Source of the DNA: Monocercomonoides exilis PA203
Lineage: Eukaryota; Protista; Preaxostyla
Length of the DNA stretch: 64,000 nucleotides
Assembly (NCBI GenBank): GCA_001643675.2
Contig: LSRY02000010.1
Span: 1,798,001 to 1,862,000, forward strand
Reading direction: 5' to 3'
Both the position numbers and the translations under genes were made by a program. Each line of letters opens with the position of its first letter. The stretch's first letter is position 1. Shown one piece after another: positions 1 to 11,757 of this stretch. The notes under the pieces are model-generated. The model saw only the letters and a program-made list of their open reading frames with translations. It was not told the origin of the DNA and ran no database searches.

Positions 1-3000
1 GCTGCTGCTGCTGATGCTGGTACTGATAGGGATAGGCATGTGCAGGCGAATGAGAAGGAGAAGGAGAAGGAGAGCTTCTCCTCCCAACATTGAACGAACA
101 CCCGCCAAACGATCCCATCGAAGCTGGCTGCATTTCCTGCAGTGATGCTGTTGACTCTGTGTTCTGTCTGAGGCAGATTGTATACTCCATCCCGTGCAAC
201 CCGTTTTCTCCGCCCATTTGAGCTGTCTTAAAGGCCGGCGAGCAGGAAGGCGCGGGAGAAGGAGAAGGAGACGCCAGGCGGAGCTGCTGCACAAGAGAGC
301 CAGCGTCGCTCATCATCGACATCATCGTGGTGGCATCAAATGTGAAGCCGTTCTCGTCTGCATTGTCGTCCTCATTGCATTCATCACAGCTGCTGCTTCT
401 GCTTTCACTTTGACTTTGACTTTGACTTCGACTTCGACTTCTGCTTCTGCTTCTGCTGCAACTGCTGCCATCTGCTGAAGATATGTTGCTATGCACTCCT
501 CTCTCATTGTTCACCCCTTCTTCTTCATTCACCTCTTCCTCACTTGATGTGCTCACCAGTGAAATATTATCGTCACTCCCTCCCAATGACACCACGTCAT
601 TCCTCGGCGTTTCTGACCCCATTTCACATTTGCCTTTCCCTTGCTTGCTCATCCTGTGCTCTTCTTCTTTCTCTTTCTCTTTCTCTTTCTCGCTGGCTCC
701 TTCAACCTCCTTGTTTTTCCTGTCTGTTTCGTTTTCTTCGTTTATCTCGCCTGATGCACTGATTGATCTTAGTGGTTCTCTTCTTCCATTCACATCTCCT
801 CTCCCTTCTCTCCTCTCCTTCCTCTCCTTATTCTCTTTCTTCTCCTTTCTTTCTTTCCTTTCCTTCTTTTCCTTCTTTTCCTTCTGCTCCAAAAACGGCA
901 GCATCTTCTCTACTTCTTTCCTCTCCTTCTTCTTCCTCTCAATCACAGACGGGTCTGCCTCTACTGCCGAGGCATACAATCTGGCTGCTGTGTGCTGCCT
1001 GGCGATGATTGAGACAGCAGATTTCTGATGGGAAGAAGAAGGAAGAAGAGAAGAGGAGGAGGAGGAAGGAGAAGAGGCTGTTAATACAAATGGAGAAGAG
1101 GAAGGTTGATAGTGAAGAGAAGCAGAGGAAGAGGAGAGAGGAAGGCAAGGTGGAGGTGACATGTGAGGAAGAGGAATTTGATGAGCATACAGCTTGTTGG
1201 AAGAAGAAGAAGAAGATGATGATGAAACAGAGGAGGAAGGGACGTAGGCATCTTGAGAAGCAGCTGGGTGGATCACAGGTAAGGCAGAAGAAGATAAGGA
1301 AGAGGAAGAAGAAGAAGAAGAAGAAGAAGAGTGCATATTAACAGGCACTTGCTTATTCTCAGAGAAAGAAACTGTGAATGAATTAGAGCGAGAATTCGAA
1401 CGAGAATTTGAATTTGAATTCGAATTAGAACCAGAGCCAGAACCAGAACGTGAATGCAGATGCAGACGAGAATGTGAGTGAGAGCGTGGCTGGAGAGAAG
1501 AGATGTCTGGATTAGGCTTGTACGGCTGTGGGGTTGCCAAAGGGGAAGCAGAGGAGATGTAGTTGGCGAAGGTCACTTGATTTGAGGGGGAAGCAGATGA
1601 ATGTGCTGATAAAGATGAATCTTGTGTTGATTGCATTGGTTGTATTGACTGTGAACTTGGCACAGAAGACGAGGAGGAGGAAGAAGAAGAAGAAGAAATA
1701 GAAGAAGTAACATTTGCACCAGCACCAGTAGCAGAAGTGGTAGTAGTTGTGATGATGTGCTGAGGAAGCGGAGTCTGGTTGAACTGTGCATAGCCTGGGC
1801 CACACGATATCTGTGTGTGTATCTGAGAAGATGGCTGGTTCATTCCCTGTGTTATTCCTTGTGTAATATTCTGTGTTATTCCCTGTGTTATGTTCTGTGC
1901 GATGTTCTGAGGTGTACCAAAGGGAACCATCTGAGTTGTGCTGCTGCCTGAGGAGATGATAAGGACAGTCACGGAAGGCGAGGAGGAGGAGGTGACATAC
2001 GATTGAGTGGTTGGCTGTTGAGGCTGTTGTGATTGCTGTTGAATGAACTGTTGCTGCTGATGTTGTTGTTGTTGCATCTGCTGCTGCTGTTGCTGTTGAT
2101 GCAGTTGAGACTGACTTCCATTCTGATATGAGTTCATCATGTGTGTCTGAGACTGTGTCAAATTCTGATTCTGATTCATATTCTGATTGTATTGTGATTG
2201 TTGCTGCGATTGCTGCTGCGATTGAGGCATCATCATCATCATCAAATGACTCTGGCTGTGCGATCCTTTCTGCCTGGCACCAGACGGCTGGTACTTCAGC
2301 AGCTGGCATTTCATCACTTCCACTTCATTCGCCTTCTTCTCCTCTTCCTGTTTGGTTGCATATGCATCTTTCTGTTGTATCTGCTTTATCTGGTGAATAG
2401 GTTGTATTTGATGGACTTGATTTATTTGATTTATTTGATTTATTTGATTTATTTGATGCACTTGTTGTGCTTGTTGTGTCTGAGGCATCTGAGGCAGCTG
2501 GGCAAATGACATTGAGCGTGCAGCATAAGCAGAAGACTTCGACTGCTCGACTGAGACAGACAAGTCAGAGGAGTCTGAATGAGCTGTGGTTACTTCAGAG
2601 GAAGAGTTGGTGTTTGTGACATATGGAATGTGCAGTTGTGAAATGGAAGATGGAGAAGAAGAGGAGGAAGAGGAGGAAGAAGAAGAGGAAGAAGAAGAGG
2701 AAGAAGAAAGAGATTGAGAAAGAGGAGGGCTGGGAGCGCGGAAGAGGCTGGTGAGTGATTGAGACAGCTGTCTTGTGTTGGCAAAGCGGAGGTTTGCAGA
2801 AGGAGAGGAAGGAGAGGAAGGGTCTTTGATGAGAGAAGAATTAGCAGCATTTGGGTGTGATGGGAAGCAGAAGTCGGGGGAGTTGTGATTAATAGAGGAA
2901 GAAGAAGAAGAGGAGGAGGAGGAGGAGGAAGAAGAAGAAGAAGAGGAGGAAGAAGAAGATGTTTCGGATGAAGTGATGTGGGCTGTGGAATGAAGTGAAG

Positions 3001-6000
3001 AAGAAGAAGAAGAAGAGGAAGAGGAAGAGGAAGAGGAAGAAGAAGATGATGATGAAGTGAAAGCAGTTGTGCTTGGGTGTATGTTTGATTCCATTGAGTA
3101 CTGCCGCAGATAAGTTGAGGCAGGTGTGATGTTGTCCTGACACGTGCTAGTTGCATCTCCGATCCCTCTGTTGATGCTCATCCGACTCATCTGCTGCTGC
3201 TGTTGATGTTGATATTGCTGTTGTTGTTGTGCGTGTTCACCTGTCATAGTGACTGAAGCAACAGAAGCGATGGAAGAGTTGAGCGTCTGATTGGTCGTGA
3301 TGGCTGAGATGGCTGAAGTTAAGACGGTGTTTGCAGTAGCTGCTGATGCAACAGATGGCGTTGTGGTTGCTGGATGAGTCAGAGGAACTGTACTGTTTGT
3401 ATCACGTGTTTTAATTATGCTGCTATTAACATTATTATTATTGCTATTATTATTGCTATTGCTATTGATACTGTTGCTATTGTTTCTCTTCTGTATGTCC
3501 GTCTGTCGCATCTGAGGCAGTTCAGGTGAAGAGGACGAGTGGCTGTGTAAGAGATGTCCGAAACTTGACTGATGGAAATGCTGCTGTTGAGACTGTGGAG
3601 ACTGTTGAAGCTGTTGAGACAGTTGTTGCTGCTGCTGCTGTTGCTGTGAAGGTGGAATTAAGGCACAGGAAGAGGAATGCTGGTTGACATTATGAATATT
3701 GTTACTATTCATATTGCTTTGAGCATTTGCATTATGGCTGTTATTATTGCTAGGATTACTAACATGTCGCATATTGCTCTCAAATTCATTACTACCAGCT
3801 TCTCCTTTACTTCGCCCCATCTTCGCATTCTTCGTTCCCATGTGCGGACTTATCTTCTCTTTCATCTGCTTTTCGTTCAAATGAGCAGCGCCTTCTTCTT
3901 CACTTTGTTCTGAACTCACTGAACACTCAGCATTGCCTCCATCATCATCATCATCTAATTCTTCGTCATCATCTTCTCCTTCTCCTTCTCCTTCTCCTTC
4001 TTCTCCCCCGCTCTCCTCATCCTCTTCTCTTTCCACAGACCCCGCTGACTCATTCTCATCCAGCTTCTCTCTTTCTCCTCCTTCTCTTCCTTCTCCTTCT
4101 CCTTCTCCTTCTCCTCTTTGCCTCCTCCTTCCTTTCCCTTCTCCTTCATCATCGCCATTCACCACCCCGTTCACCCCCAAATGCTGCTGCCCACTTCCAT
4201 ACTCTCCATACCCTCTGTGATTCTCAATCACACCAGAAGAAGAAGAAGAAGAAGAAGAAGAAGAAGAAGCAGAAGAGGAAGAAGAGCCAGAAACAGCTCC
4301 TCTTTCTCCTCTTTCTCCTCCTCCTCCTCCCTTCTCTCTATCCGGGCGTGGAACGGGTGGGATAACCACGTCCTTCACACAGAACCTCCTTTCCTTCCTC
4401 TCCCACTCAAAAGGGAATGTGCGGTCGACGTGGAAGGACGAGAGCACAGACAGCATCAGCTGTTTCAGATAGGCATAGTTGGGGGTGTCGTCGAAGTCGC
4501 AGCAGGAGCTGCTGGGAGAAGGGCAGGCACTGGGCGTGTTGGAGGAGATGGGGTTGTGAGAGGACATAGAGGGAACAGAAGACATAGAAGCCATAGAAGA
4601 CATAGAGGGAACAGAAGGATTGGAAGGAAAGGAAGGAAAAGAAGGGTTGGAGAACTGGGGGTATTGAGAGAACTGGGATTGTTGGGGGAATTGATAGGAA
4701 TGAGAAGGGAGAGGGTATTGCGCAGAGCGGAGGCCGGGGGAGGTGCTGGGGGACATGAGGCGATAGGGGGAAGAGGAAGAAGAGGAAGAGGAGGAAGAAG
4801 AGGAGGAGGGATAAGAGGAAGAGGAAGAAGAGGAGGAAGATGAAGAAGAAGAGGAAGCAGAAGAGGAGGAAGAAGCAGAAGAGTAGAGATTGGAAGAGAT
4901 TGACTGTAAGTGGTCGAAGAAGAGGGTGAACTGCACGGGAAGCTGGGAGACGAGGCGGTGGCTGTGGAACTCTTGTTTGGAGTGTGCTATGCGCGCCTGG
5001 GTGGAGTTATAAGAAGAGAAGGTTGTGGATTTTTTGTGTTTAAATGATGAAGAAAGAAGAGAGAGAGAAAGAGAGAGAGAGAAAAAAGAAAAAAAGAAAG
5101 AAAAAAGAAGACGAAGATATTGGCAAAATGTTTGAAAATGAGAAGAAGAAAGAATGCGAACGCGATTATTGTTAAATAAATAAAAGATTAAATTTTTTCA
5201 AAAAGAAGAAAAGAAAAGAAAAGAAAACATTTATTAAAAAGGCAAACCTTATCTTTGATGGTGCACCACGGAAGCTTTCTTTTGGCACACTCCACCAGCA
5301 TATACAGCAGACTCCAGAGATCGTCCACTCTTCGAAGTTCCTTTGAAATAATGAAAAAGAAGAATTGAAATTTTATTGGAAGTTTCAAAAATAAGTAGAA
5401 AGTATGTTAAAGTTGAAGTTAAAAAAAAAAAAAAAAAAAAAATATGACAAAAGAAAGCAATGTAACAGATATTTCTCCTCAAATCTTAATTCAAAAAATA
5501 AATTATGTTTATATTTTAAAATAAAATAATAATTACAACAACAAATGCTTTTTTTTTCCAGAAAAACATAAAATTTTGTTCATCAGCATACATATCCACG
5601 ATGGGACGCCAACGATGCATATCTCGGAGTTCCTCGAAATCCAACACCTTTTCTGGGCTAATTTTGCATATGAACTCATTATTTTTTTAAAAAATTATTA
5701 AGATAACACTCAAACTGGTTTTCCAATATCGTTTGGATTCCATCTTTTGGCTAGGCCGTAATCGATTAAATAAATGTTATGACTATTTCCACTTGGTCCT
5801 ATTAAAAAATTAGCCTTGAAATCAAGTCAAAGAAAAATAGAATTGAAGCATCTTTTTTCGTTTCTGAAAGTGATTCGACATACAGGCTTAACATCGCGAT
5901 GAATAAATCCTTTGTTGTGAAAAATCTCGAGTGCTTCAATACATTCCACTGCTAGTAAGCAAATAGTTATAATATTGAATCGTTTTTTCCTTCGTTTTCT

Positions 6001-6437
6001 CATGATGACGCTTTATATATTTTACAGAAATTAAAGTTGTTCATAAAATAATTCATTAACCATTCCGGAAGCATACGAAAGTGCTGGACCGAGCAAATCC
6101 ATTGTATAAAATGCTTCTTTTCCTATGGATCCAGAGTGATGAATTCTTGGGAAATGAGCATATCCTGCGTTTTTATTTGTTGAATGAATTACAATATTAT
6201 TTTCATCATCGAAAATAAATGTTGATTAATACCTTGCAATTCTTTCAGAACTGAAACTTCAATTTTCAATGTTTGCGATCCAGATGGTTTGCGAGCACGT
6301 TTCATCGCAAGGTCAAGCCCTTTCCATCGAGCATGATGAATTGTACCGAATCCACCTTGTCCAAGCTTTTTCAGTATAATTAATCGATCCCCTGGTGCAT
6401 CGGACAATTGGATTACAGTAGACCGTTGGATATCCAT
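1..6437 (-). CDS. Tau-tubulin kinase (TTBK)/casein kinase 1 family Ser/Thr kinase with a very long low-complexity C-terminal tail; 3' end lies beyond the window
   Basis: Hand-spliced GT-AG exons 6437-6233, 6164-6077, 6010-5884, 5814-5716, 5657-5592, 5340-5248 and 4996-<1 give GQGGFG...[13 protein letters not shown]...MDLLGP...HRDVKPANFL...IDYGLA...[10 protein letters not shown]...[12 protein letters not shown]...LPW...DTPNYAYL...PFEWE. DDLWSL.YMLVE and GFRGT.RYAS are TTBK-type motifs. The ORF track lists no stop-terminated minus ORF in this frame, consistent with a last exon open to the window edge. Confidence 0.88.
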
Positions 6438-6565
6438 ATGTTACAACGCAACTAACGAAAAAACAGCTTTTATTTCAACTCCACTTTCTCTGATCCTTCA
6501 TATACCTTAATATAATTTTCAAAAAATTATTTGAGAAAATAGAATTATGCATATGAGATCAAAAA
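6438..6565. promoter_or_regulatory. Compact bidirectional promoter region (TTBK-like / hypothetical membrane protein)
   Basis: Divergent start codons at 6437(-) and 6566(+) are separated by 128 nt. Confidence 0.45.
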
Positions 6566-7519
6566 ATGATAAAAGAAGGGCAAGTTATCGCTGATTGGAT
6601 AACTGTAATAATTCTTTCGTTTTTCGTTTTGTTTGGCATTAAAACGACTTCTGCGCCCAATGATCCATTTGTGTCTCAAGCGAATGTTAAAGCGGATATT
6701 GGCTTATCACAAAAATCTTCAACTCACAGCAAACCTGCAAAGATAAGTCGCCCTATGCTTGGATTTTCTCCCCAAGAATATCATTTTAGTTATGTTACAG
6801 TTGAGGATTCTGATGATAAACCCAAAAATACGCGAAGTTCAAAGGGTGGATCATTGGTTGCAGTTGATTTATCGAAACAATCGTCTTCTTCCTCTTCTAC
6901 TTCGTCTTCATCAACTTCTTCAAGCTATAATGATGATTCTGGTGATGAAAGCGAATGGACATTTCATTCTTTTTTTGCTTCACCATCTTCAAATTCTTCA
7001 AATTCGTTTTCATCTCGCTTGAAAACATTTTTCAATTTTTCATCTAAATCGTCTTTTTGCTTCAAGCACTTTATGAATTTGCTACAAAAAAAATGGGTAA
7101 GGTGTCTTCTACTTGCGATTGTAGCTGTTTTATTTTTCAGATTCGGAACATTTTCTTCGTTTTTTTCATCACGTGACAAATACAGGGATCAATTTTGTGA
7201 ACTTCAATTTTCTGCTACAACATTAGCAATATTATGTTGTTTTTTATACTTTATTGGACCAGCATATGCAGTGCTTCTTTTGACTATAAGGTTGGTTTTG
7301 GGAACGTTCCTTATGACCTTGCAAATTGTTCTAAATCACATTGCATCAAAGGAAGTCATAAAACAACGCGGAAGTATTACTAAATTGAAGATTGAAAAAG
7401 ATATTTATTCAAAAAGAAAATGGATAGAAGATGAATCAGAAGAAGAAAATGAGAATCAAAAATGCAAATGTAGTCGCAAATTTTCTCCTCCGTCAGATGA
7501 ATGGGAAGAAGATTTTTGA
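6566..7519 (+). CDS. Hypothetical protein, Ser-rich middle, probably 2-3 transmembrane segments
   Basis: 317-aa ORF in AT-rich context, with hydrophobic stretches (CLLLAIVAVLFFRF; LAILCCFLYFIGPAYAVLLLTI) and an acidic C-terminus. No recognisable family; the start or a 5' intron is uncertain. Confidence 0.6.
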   Translation: MIKEGQVIADWITVIILSFFVLFGIKTTSAPNDPFVSQANVKADIGLSQKSSTHSKPAKISRPMLGFSPQEYHFSYVTVEDSDDKPKNTRSSKGGSLVAVDLSKQSSSSSSTSSSSTSSSYNDDSGDESEWTFHSFFASPSSNSSNSFSSRLKTFFNFSSKSSFCFKHFMNLLQKKWVRCLLLAIVAVLFFRFGTFSSFFSSRDKYRDQFCELQFSATTLAILCCFLYFIGPAYAVLLLTIRLVLGTFLMTLQIVLNHIASKEVIKQRGSITKLKIEKDIYSKRKWIEDESEEENENQKCKCSRKFSPPSDEWEEDF

Positions 7520-7886
7520 ACAATTCACAATTCATAATTCATTTCAATCATTTCATTTCGCTTTCACTTTATTTAACCTTTTATTTATTTATTTCGCGTA
7601 AAGCACAAAAAATTATTGCTGGTTCAGATTTTTTAAAAGTATGAAATCATGAGCTATTTAGGAATTGTAAGGCTTTCAATTATTTTCATTTTATTATCAA
7701 ATTTTTTTTATGTTTTTACATAATAAAAATATATAAAAATAAAAATAAATAAATAAATAAAATAAAATAAAAAATGAAGTTACAGTTGGTAACTCTAATT
7801 TTGAAAAGTGAAAGCATTTTTTGTTATTTTCATAAGAGATCGATAAAAAATATGCTTTAAATAAGAATTAGAGAAACTTCTTTCCC

Positions 7887-7958
7887 AGCGACGTGGCTCA
7901 GTGGGAGAGTGGTGGGCCCATAACCCACAGGTCACAAGATCGAAACTTGTCGTCGCTA
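7887..7958 (+). tRNA. Initiator tRNA-Met (CAT)
   Basis: Cloverleaf with acceptor stem AGCGACG/CGTCGCT (A1:U72), anticodon stem GTGGG/CCCAC with three consecutive G:C pairs, loop CC-CAT-AA, and T-loop ATCGAAA (A54, A60). These are eukaryotic initiator hallmarks. A T-run follows (Pol III terminator). Confidence 0.95.
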
Positions 7959-8096
7959 TATATTTTTAATCTTAAATAAAAAATCATTTTGATCAAAAAA
8001 TAATAAAAAATTATGTTTCTTGCTTGAACTTAAACCTTTGCAACAAGGAAAAATTATGAAATGATTGTCAGTCGAATGGGAAAACCTGTGTCAATA

Positions 8097-8097
<1 letters not shown>

Positions 8098-8140
<43 letters not shown>
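8098..8140. repeat. Poly(T) tract (~43 nt)
   Basis: Direct reading of the sequence. Confidence 0.9.
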
Positions 8141-8142
<2 letters not shown>

Positions 8143-8917
8143 CTGTTTGCTTATTTTAAAGGAAATAAATTGTTCACGAACAGTATGGTTTTTATTTCAT
8201 CTCAAAAAAAAAATGTTTATATCAATCACTTTCATGTTTTGAATAAATTCGATAAATGATGCACATTTTTATTAATCAAATTGCAAACACTATTGTTGCA
8301 TCCGTTGTGAATAGAACATTCGTTTGGGAAAAAATATTCATTAATCAATGAAAACTTGAAAATCATAGAGATTTGGTTCCACAAAGTTCGCGTTGTGGAA
8401 AATGCAGAAAATAGGGGGACCAAAGTTTTTTCATTGTTTTGTGATAAATTGCAATAAAAATGATATTCACATTTATTCATGTGTTTCATATAAGTTACAT
8501 ATCAAATAAGAAAATTATGAAGGAAAAATGAAACAAACAATTTCATATTCCAATTTATTTTCAAGTTTTTCAATGTTTTGTTCCATTTAATAATATTGAT
8601 ATGAAAAGGAAAAATTAAATTATTACCGTCAAATACCTTGAAACAGGACGTAATATCATGCTTGTCAATGGTGAAACATTTAACGAAGATTTTGGAGTTG
8701 TGGATAGCCATGATGCTTCAAAATTTTTTTAAGTTAATATTTTGGGTTTCTTTTTTTCATGATTTATTCATTGATACACACAAATTTTTCTCCAAATCTA
8801 AAAAATTGTTATTATTTATCTTTTTAATAGCATGTGGCTTGATTATAATGCAGGATGAATGATTAACTTTAAGATTTTTAGGTACGCCTATCTTCTGCTC
8901 TTACCCGCGTTGTTACC

Positions 8918-9345
8918 ATGGGTGCTTAACCCGCACCCTGGTGCCAAACCCGCCCCCTGCAAATTTCTTGAAAATAGAGATATTTATTTTTGCTTATCAC
9001 AGTTGTTCATTGATAGTGAATTTGATTGAAACTTATTCAAAAAAATTATATATTTTATTTTTTTATAAAAAGACTTTCAAAAAATTGGATTTATAATATT
9101 TTAATTTGGAAAAGAACTTTATCTATATTTACTGAAAAAGAAAAAAAGAAGAGTTCAAAAAATATGTACATGCTTGTTTGTTAATGTGTTTTCAAATATC
9201 TTTATTAGGTTTTTGGATTTGAATTATTCAGCAACAAATTTCGCTTTTTATTTTATTGATCAATTCCATTAAAATGTGAAAAACGAATCGAAAGTTCAGT
9301 AGCTGCATTGATAGAGGTTTGTAAAAATTGTTTCAAATGGTTTTC
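8918..9345 (+). repeat. Inverted repeat pair 1, left arm (428 bp)
   Basis: ATGGGTGCTTAACCCGCACC...AAATGGTTTTC is the reverse complement of 10691-11118; the arms have equal length. Confidence 0.93.
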
Positions 9346-10690
9346 AATTAAAACTTGCTTTTATTATATAAAATGTGGTTATTTAATGTTATTATCGATG
9401 TATACGATAACTATGATTGATTTTGTTTCATTTATATTTGATTGGCGATAGAAATGTTTTTTGTTTTATTTAATAACTATTTTTAAATGAAGATATTTAT
9501 TTTCAAAAATTTCAAACACTTTTATTTTAATTCACTTAATTATTTTTTTGTTTTTGAAATCAAATTTCGAATTGTTGTTTTTCACTGATCAGGAAACATT
9601 CTGCAACTTTCAATATTATCTTCAAAATTTCATATTATCATTGGCTTGTTGAAAGTATTTATCATGTGAATAATTTCAAATTGCGTGTGTTTTCCAAATT
9701 TTAAATTTCATTAAAAATTAGTGATCATGCAATTGAATGTGACTGAATTGTCACAAATGCAGATTTTTCATTTGAGAATTGTTATTTTATTTATTGAACA
9801 TATTTTCATTTGTCAGTTCATATACTTTTCTTCTCATTTCACATGTATTTTAGAGTTCTTTTCAATTCATTTTTTTTTGTAAAATTTAGCTTTTGATAAG
9901 CAAAGACAGTCCAATCATATCATTCAAATTTCTTGAAACAATTTAATAATTATCATTCTTAAATAATGATTTGCAAAAAACATTTGTTGCCGAGGATAAA
10001 CGTATTTTCATGAAAATTGTGAGCTAATTTTCATATTGAACTATTTTTATAACATTTTGGAAATTTTTTCACATTTTTCAAGTCACATCGATGAATGTAT
10101 AATTTATTTTTCTTCTAATCAAATTTTTTTTCTATTATCATCCTTATTGAAAAAAGTATTATTATTTTTGTCAGTGAGATTATCATTTTGAATACGACAG
10201 TTCAGGTTAAATAAAACTTGGATATAAAATGAATACTAAATCAAAGATTAAAAGTATTCCATCACAATCATTGTTTAAAAATAGCTATTCTGAAAACAAC
10301 AGTTTTGTTAAGAAAATATCATATAACACAAAAAGCTCATAATTTGCAAATCTGACATCTTTGTTACAAGTGAATAAAACATTCATATGCGCAACAACAT
10401 TAACACTCAGAACCAAAAGTTGCAATTTTGAAAACAACAAAATAACCAAAAATAATCGTCAAATAAATTAGTATCACCTAAACTCACAAAAAAAAAATAT
10501 TAGAACTTGACCAACATCAACAATAAATATGTTATAACATTCAAACCATGGAAACAATTTATCAAATATTAAATATTCAAAACAAATTAATAAGAGAATA
10601 AACTGGTTGAATAATACAAACAAAAAAAAAAACAGATGAGTTATAGAACAATATAATAAGCGATAATATAAAAAATACAAAGCTGTAATA

Positions 10691-11118
10691 GAAAACCATT
10701 TGAAACAATTTTTACAAACCTCTATCAATGCAGCTACTGAACTTTCGATTCGTTTTTCACATTTTAATGGAATTGATCAATAAAATAAAAAGCGAAATTT
10801 GTTGCTGAATAATTCAAATCCAAAAACCTAATAAAGATATTTGAAAACACATTAACAAACAAGCATGTACATATTTTTTGAACTCTTCTTTTTTTCTTTT
10901 TCAGTAAATATAGATAAAGTTCTTTTCCAAATTAAAATATTATAAATCCAATTTTTTGAAAGTCTTTTTATAAAAAAATAAAATATATAATTTTTTTGAA
11001 TAAGTTTCAATCAAATTCACTATCAATGAACAACTGTGATAAGCAAAAATAAATATCTCTATTTTCAAGAAATTTGCAGGGGGCGGGTTTGGCACCAGGG
11101 TGCGGGTTAAGCACCCAT
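10691..11118 (-). repeat. Inverted repeat pair 1, right arm (428 bp)
   Basis: GAAAACCATTT...GGGTTAAGCACCCAT is the reverse complement of 8918-9345. Confidence 0.93.
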
Positions 11119-11266
11119 AATAATACCATTCAATAAATTTTCATTATGATAACAAAAGATGAATTTCATCTGTTTGAAAAACGGAAAGTGATTTATGAAT
11201 TTGAGGAAAATAAAAACAAAATAAGTTAGTAAAAAATTTTGAATCAAAAAATTCCGTTTTCAAGAA

Positions 11267-11339
11267 GCCTGGTTAGCTCAGTCGGTAGAGCGTTGCTCTA
11301 ATAAGGCAACGGTCGCAGGTTCGAGCCCTGCACTAGGCA
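11267..11339 (+). tRNA. tRNA-Ile (AAT, read as IAU)
   Basis: Acceptor stem GCCTGGT/ACTAGGC, D-arm GCTC...GAGC, anticodon stem TTGCT/GGCAA with loop CT-AAT-AA, T-arm GCAGG-TTCGAGC-CCTGC; T-run downstream. Confidence 0.95.
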
Positions 11340-11757
11340 GTTCTATTTTTGTTATTATTAAGAATATTTTTATGATGAGGTAATTTTTTGAAAAAGTATA
11401 AGCAGTGATGTAATGAGCATAAATTTTCAATGAGAAGGTTTTCTCTCTTTCTCTTTCTTTCTTTCTCTCTCTCTCTAAATTTTGTAAATTCGGAAATAAA
11501 CAAAATTTTGTGTTTTTGGAAAAAACTTTATCAAACTAGGCTAGGGGTTTTTTATCTACAAAATCATTTAATGCATTTTTCATTATCAGTTGCTTTGAGT
11601 GAAAAAAATTTTTTTTGTACTGTTTTTGGGTATTTTTTTATATTTATTACTAACAATAAATACAACCGAAAAGGAAAAACTTGTGAAGTGTGGTGTTAAA
11701 ATTAGTTAAACAATTTTTTTAGATATCATTCGCAAAGGAATGATTGAAAAAAGTACA

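Larger units (their letters stand above)
8918..11118. mobile_element. Possible non-autonomous foldback/TIR element (2.2 kb, no transposase)
   Basis: Long inverted arms with GC-rich GGG...CCC termini, each flanked by AT, around an AT-rich non-coding interior. No convincing longer target-site duplication, and two converging copies of a dispersed repeat would explain it equally well. Confidence 0.4.

Noticed and set aside
2417-2457. (TTGATTTAT)n and nearby 12-nt repeats as a CRISPR-like array
   Set aside because: Coding minisatellites without spacers, in a eukaryotic exon.
194-4843. Many short ORFs on both strands
   Set aside because: Off-frame or antisense shadows of the low-complexity last exon of the TTBK-like gene.
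8926-8932. TTAACCC loop as telomerase-template-like or telomeric sequence
   Set aside because: A single partial repeat with no tandem array or extended template.
8232-11699. AT-rich ORFs around and inside the inverted repeats as a transposase
   Set aside because: Short F/I/L/K-biased ORFs with no DDE or other motifs; the same applies to 29402-32346.
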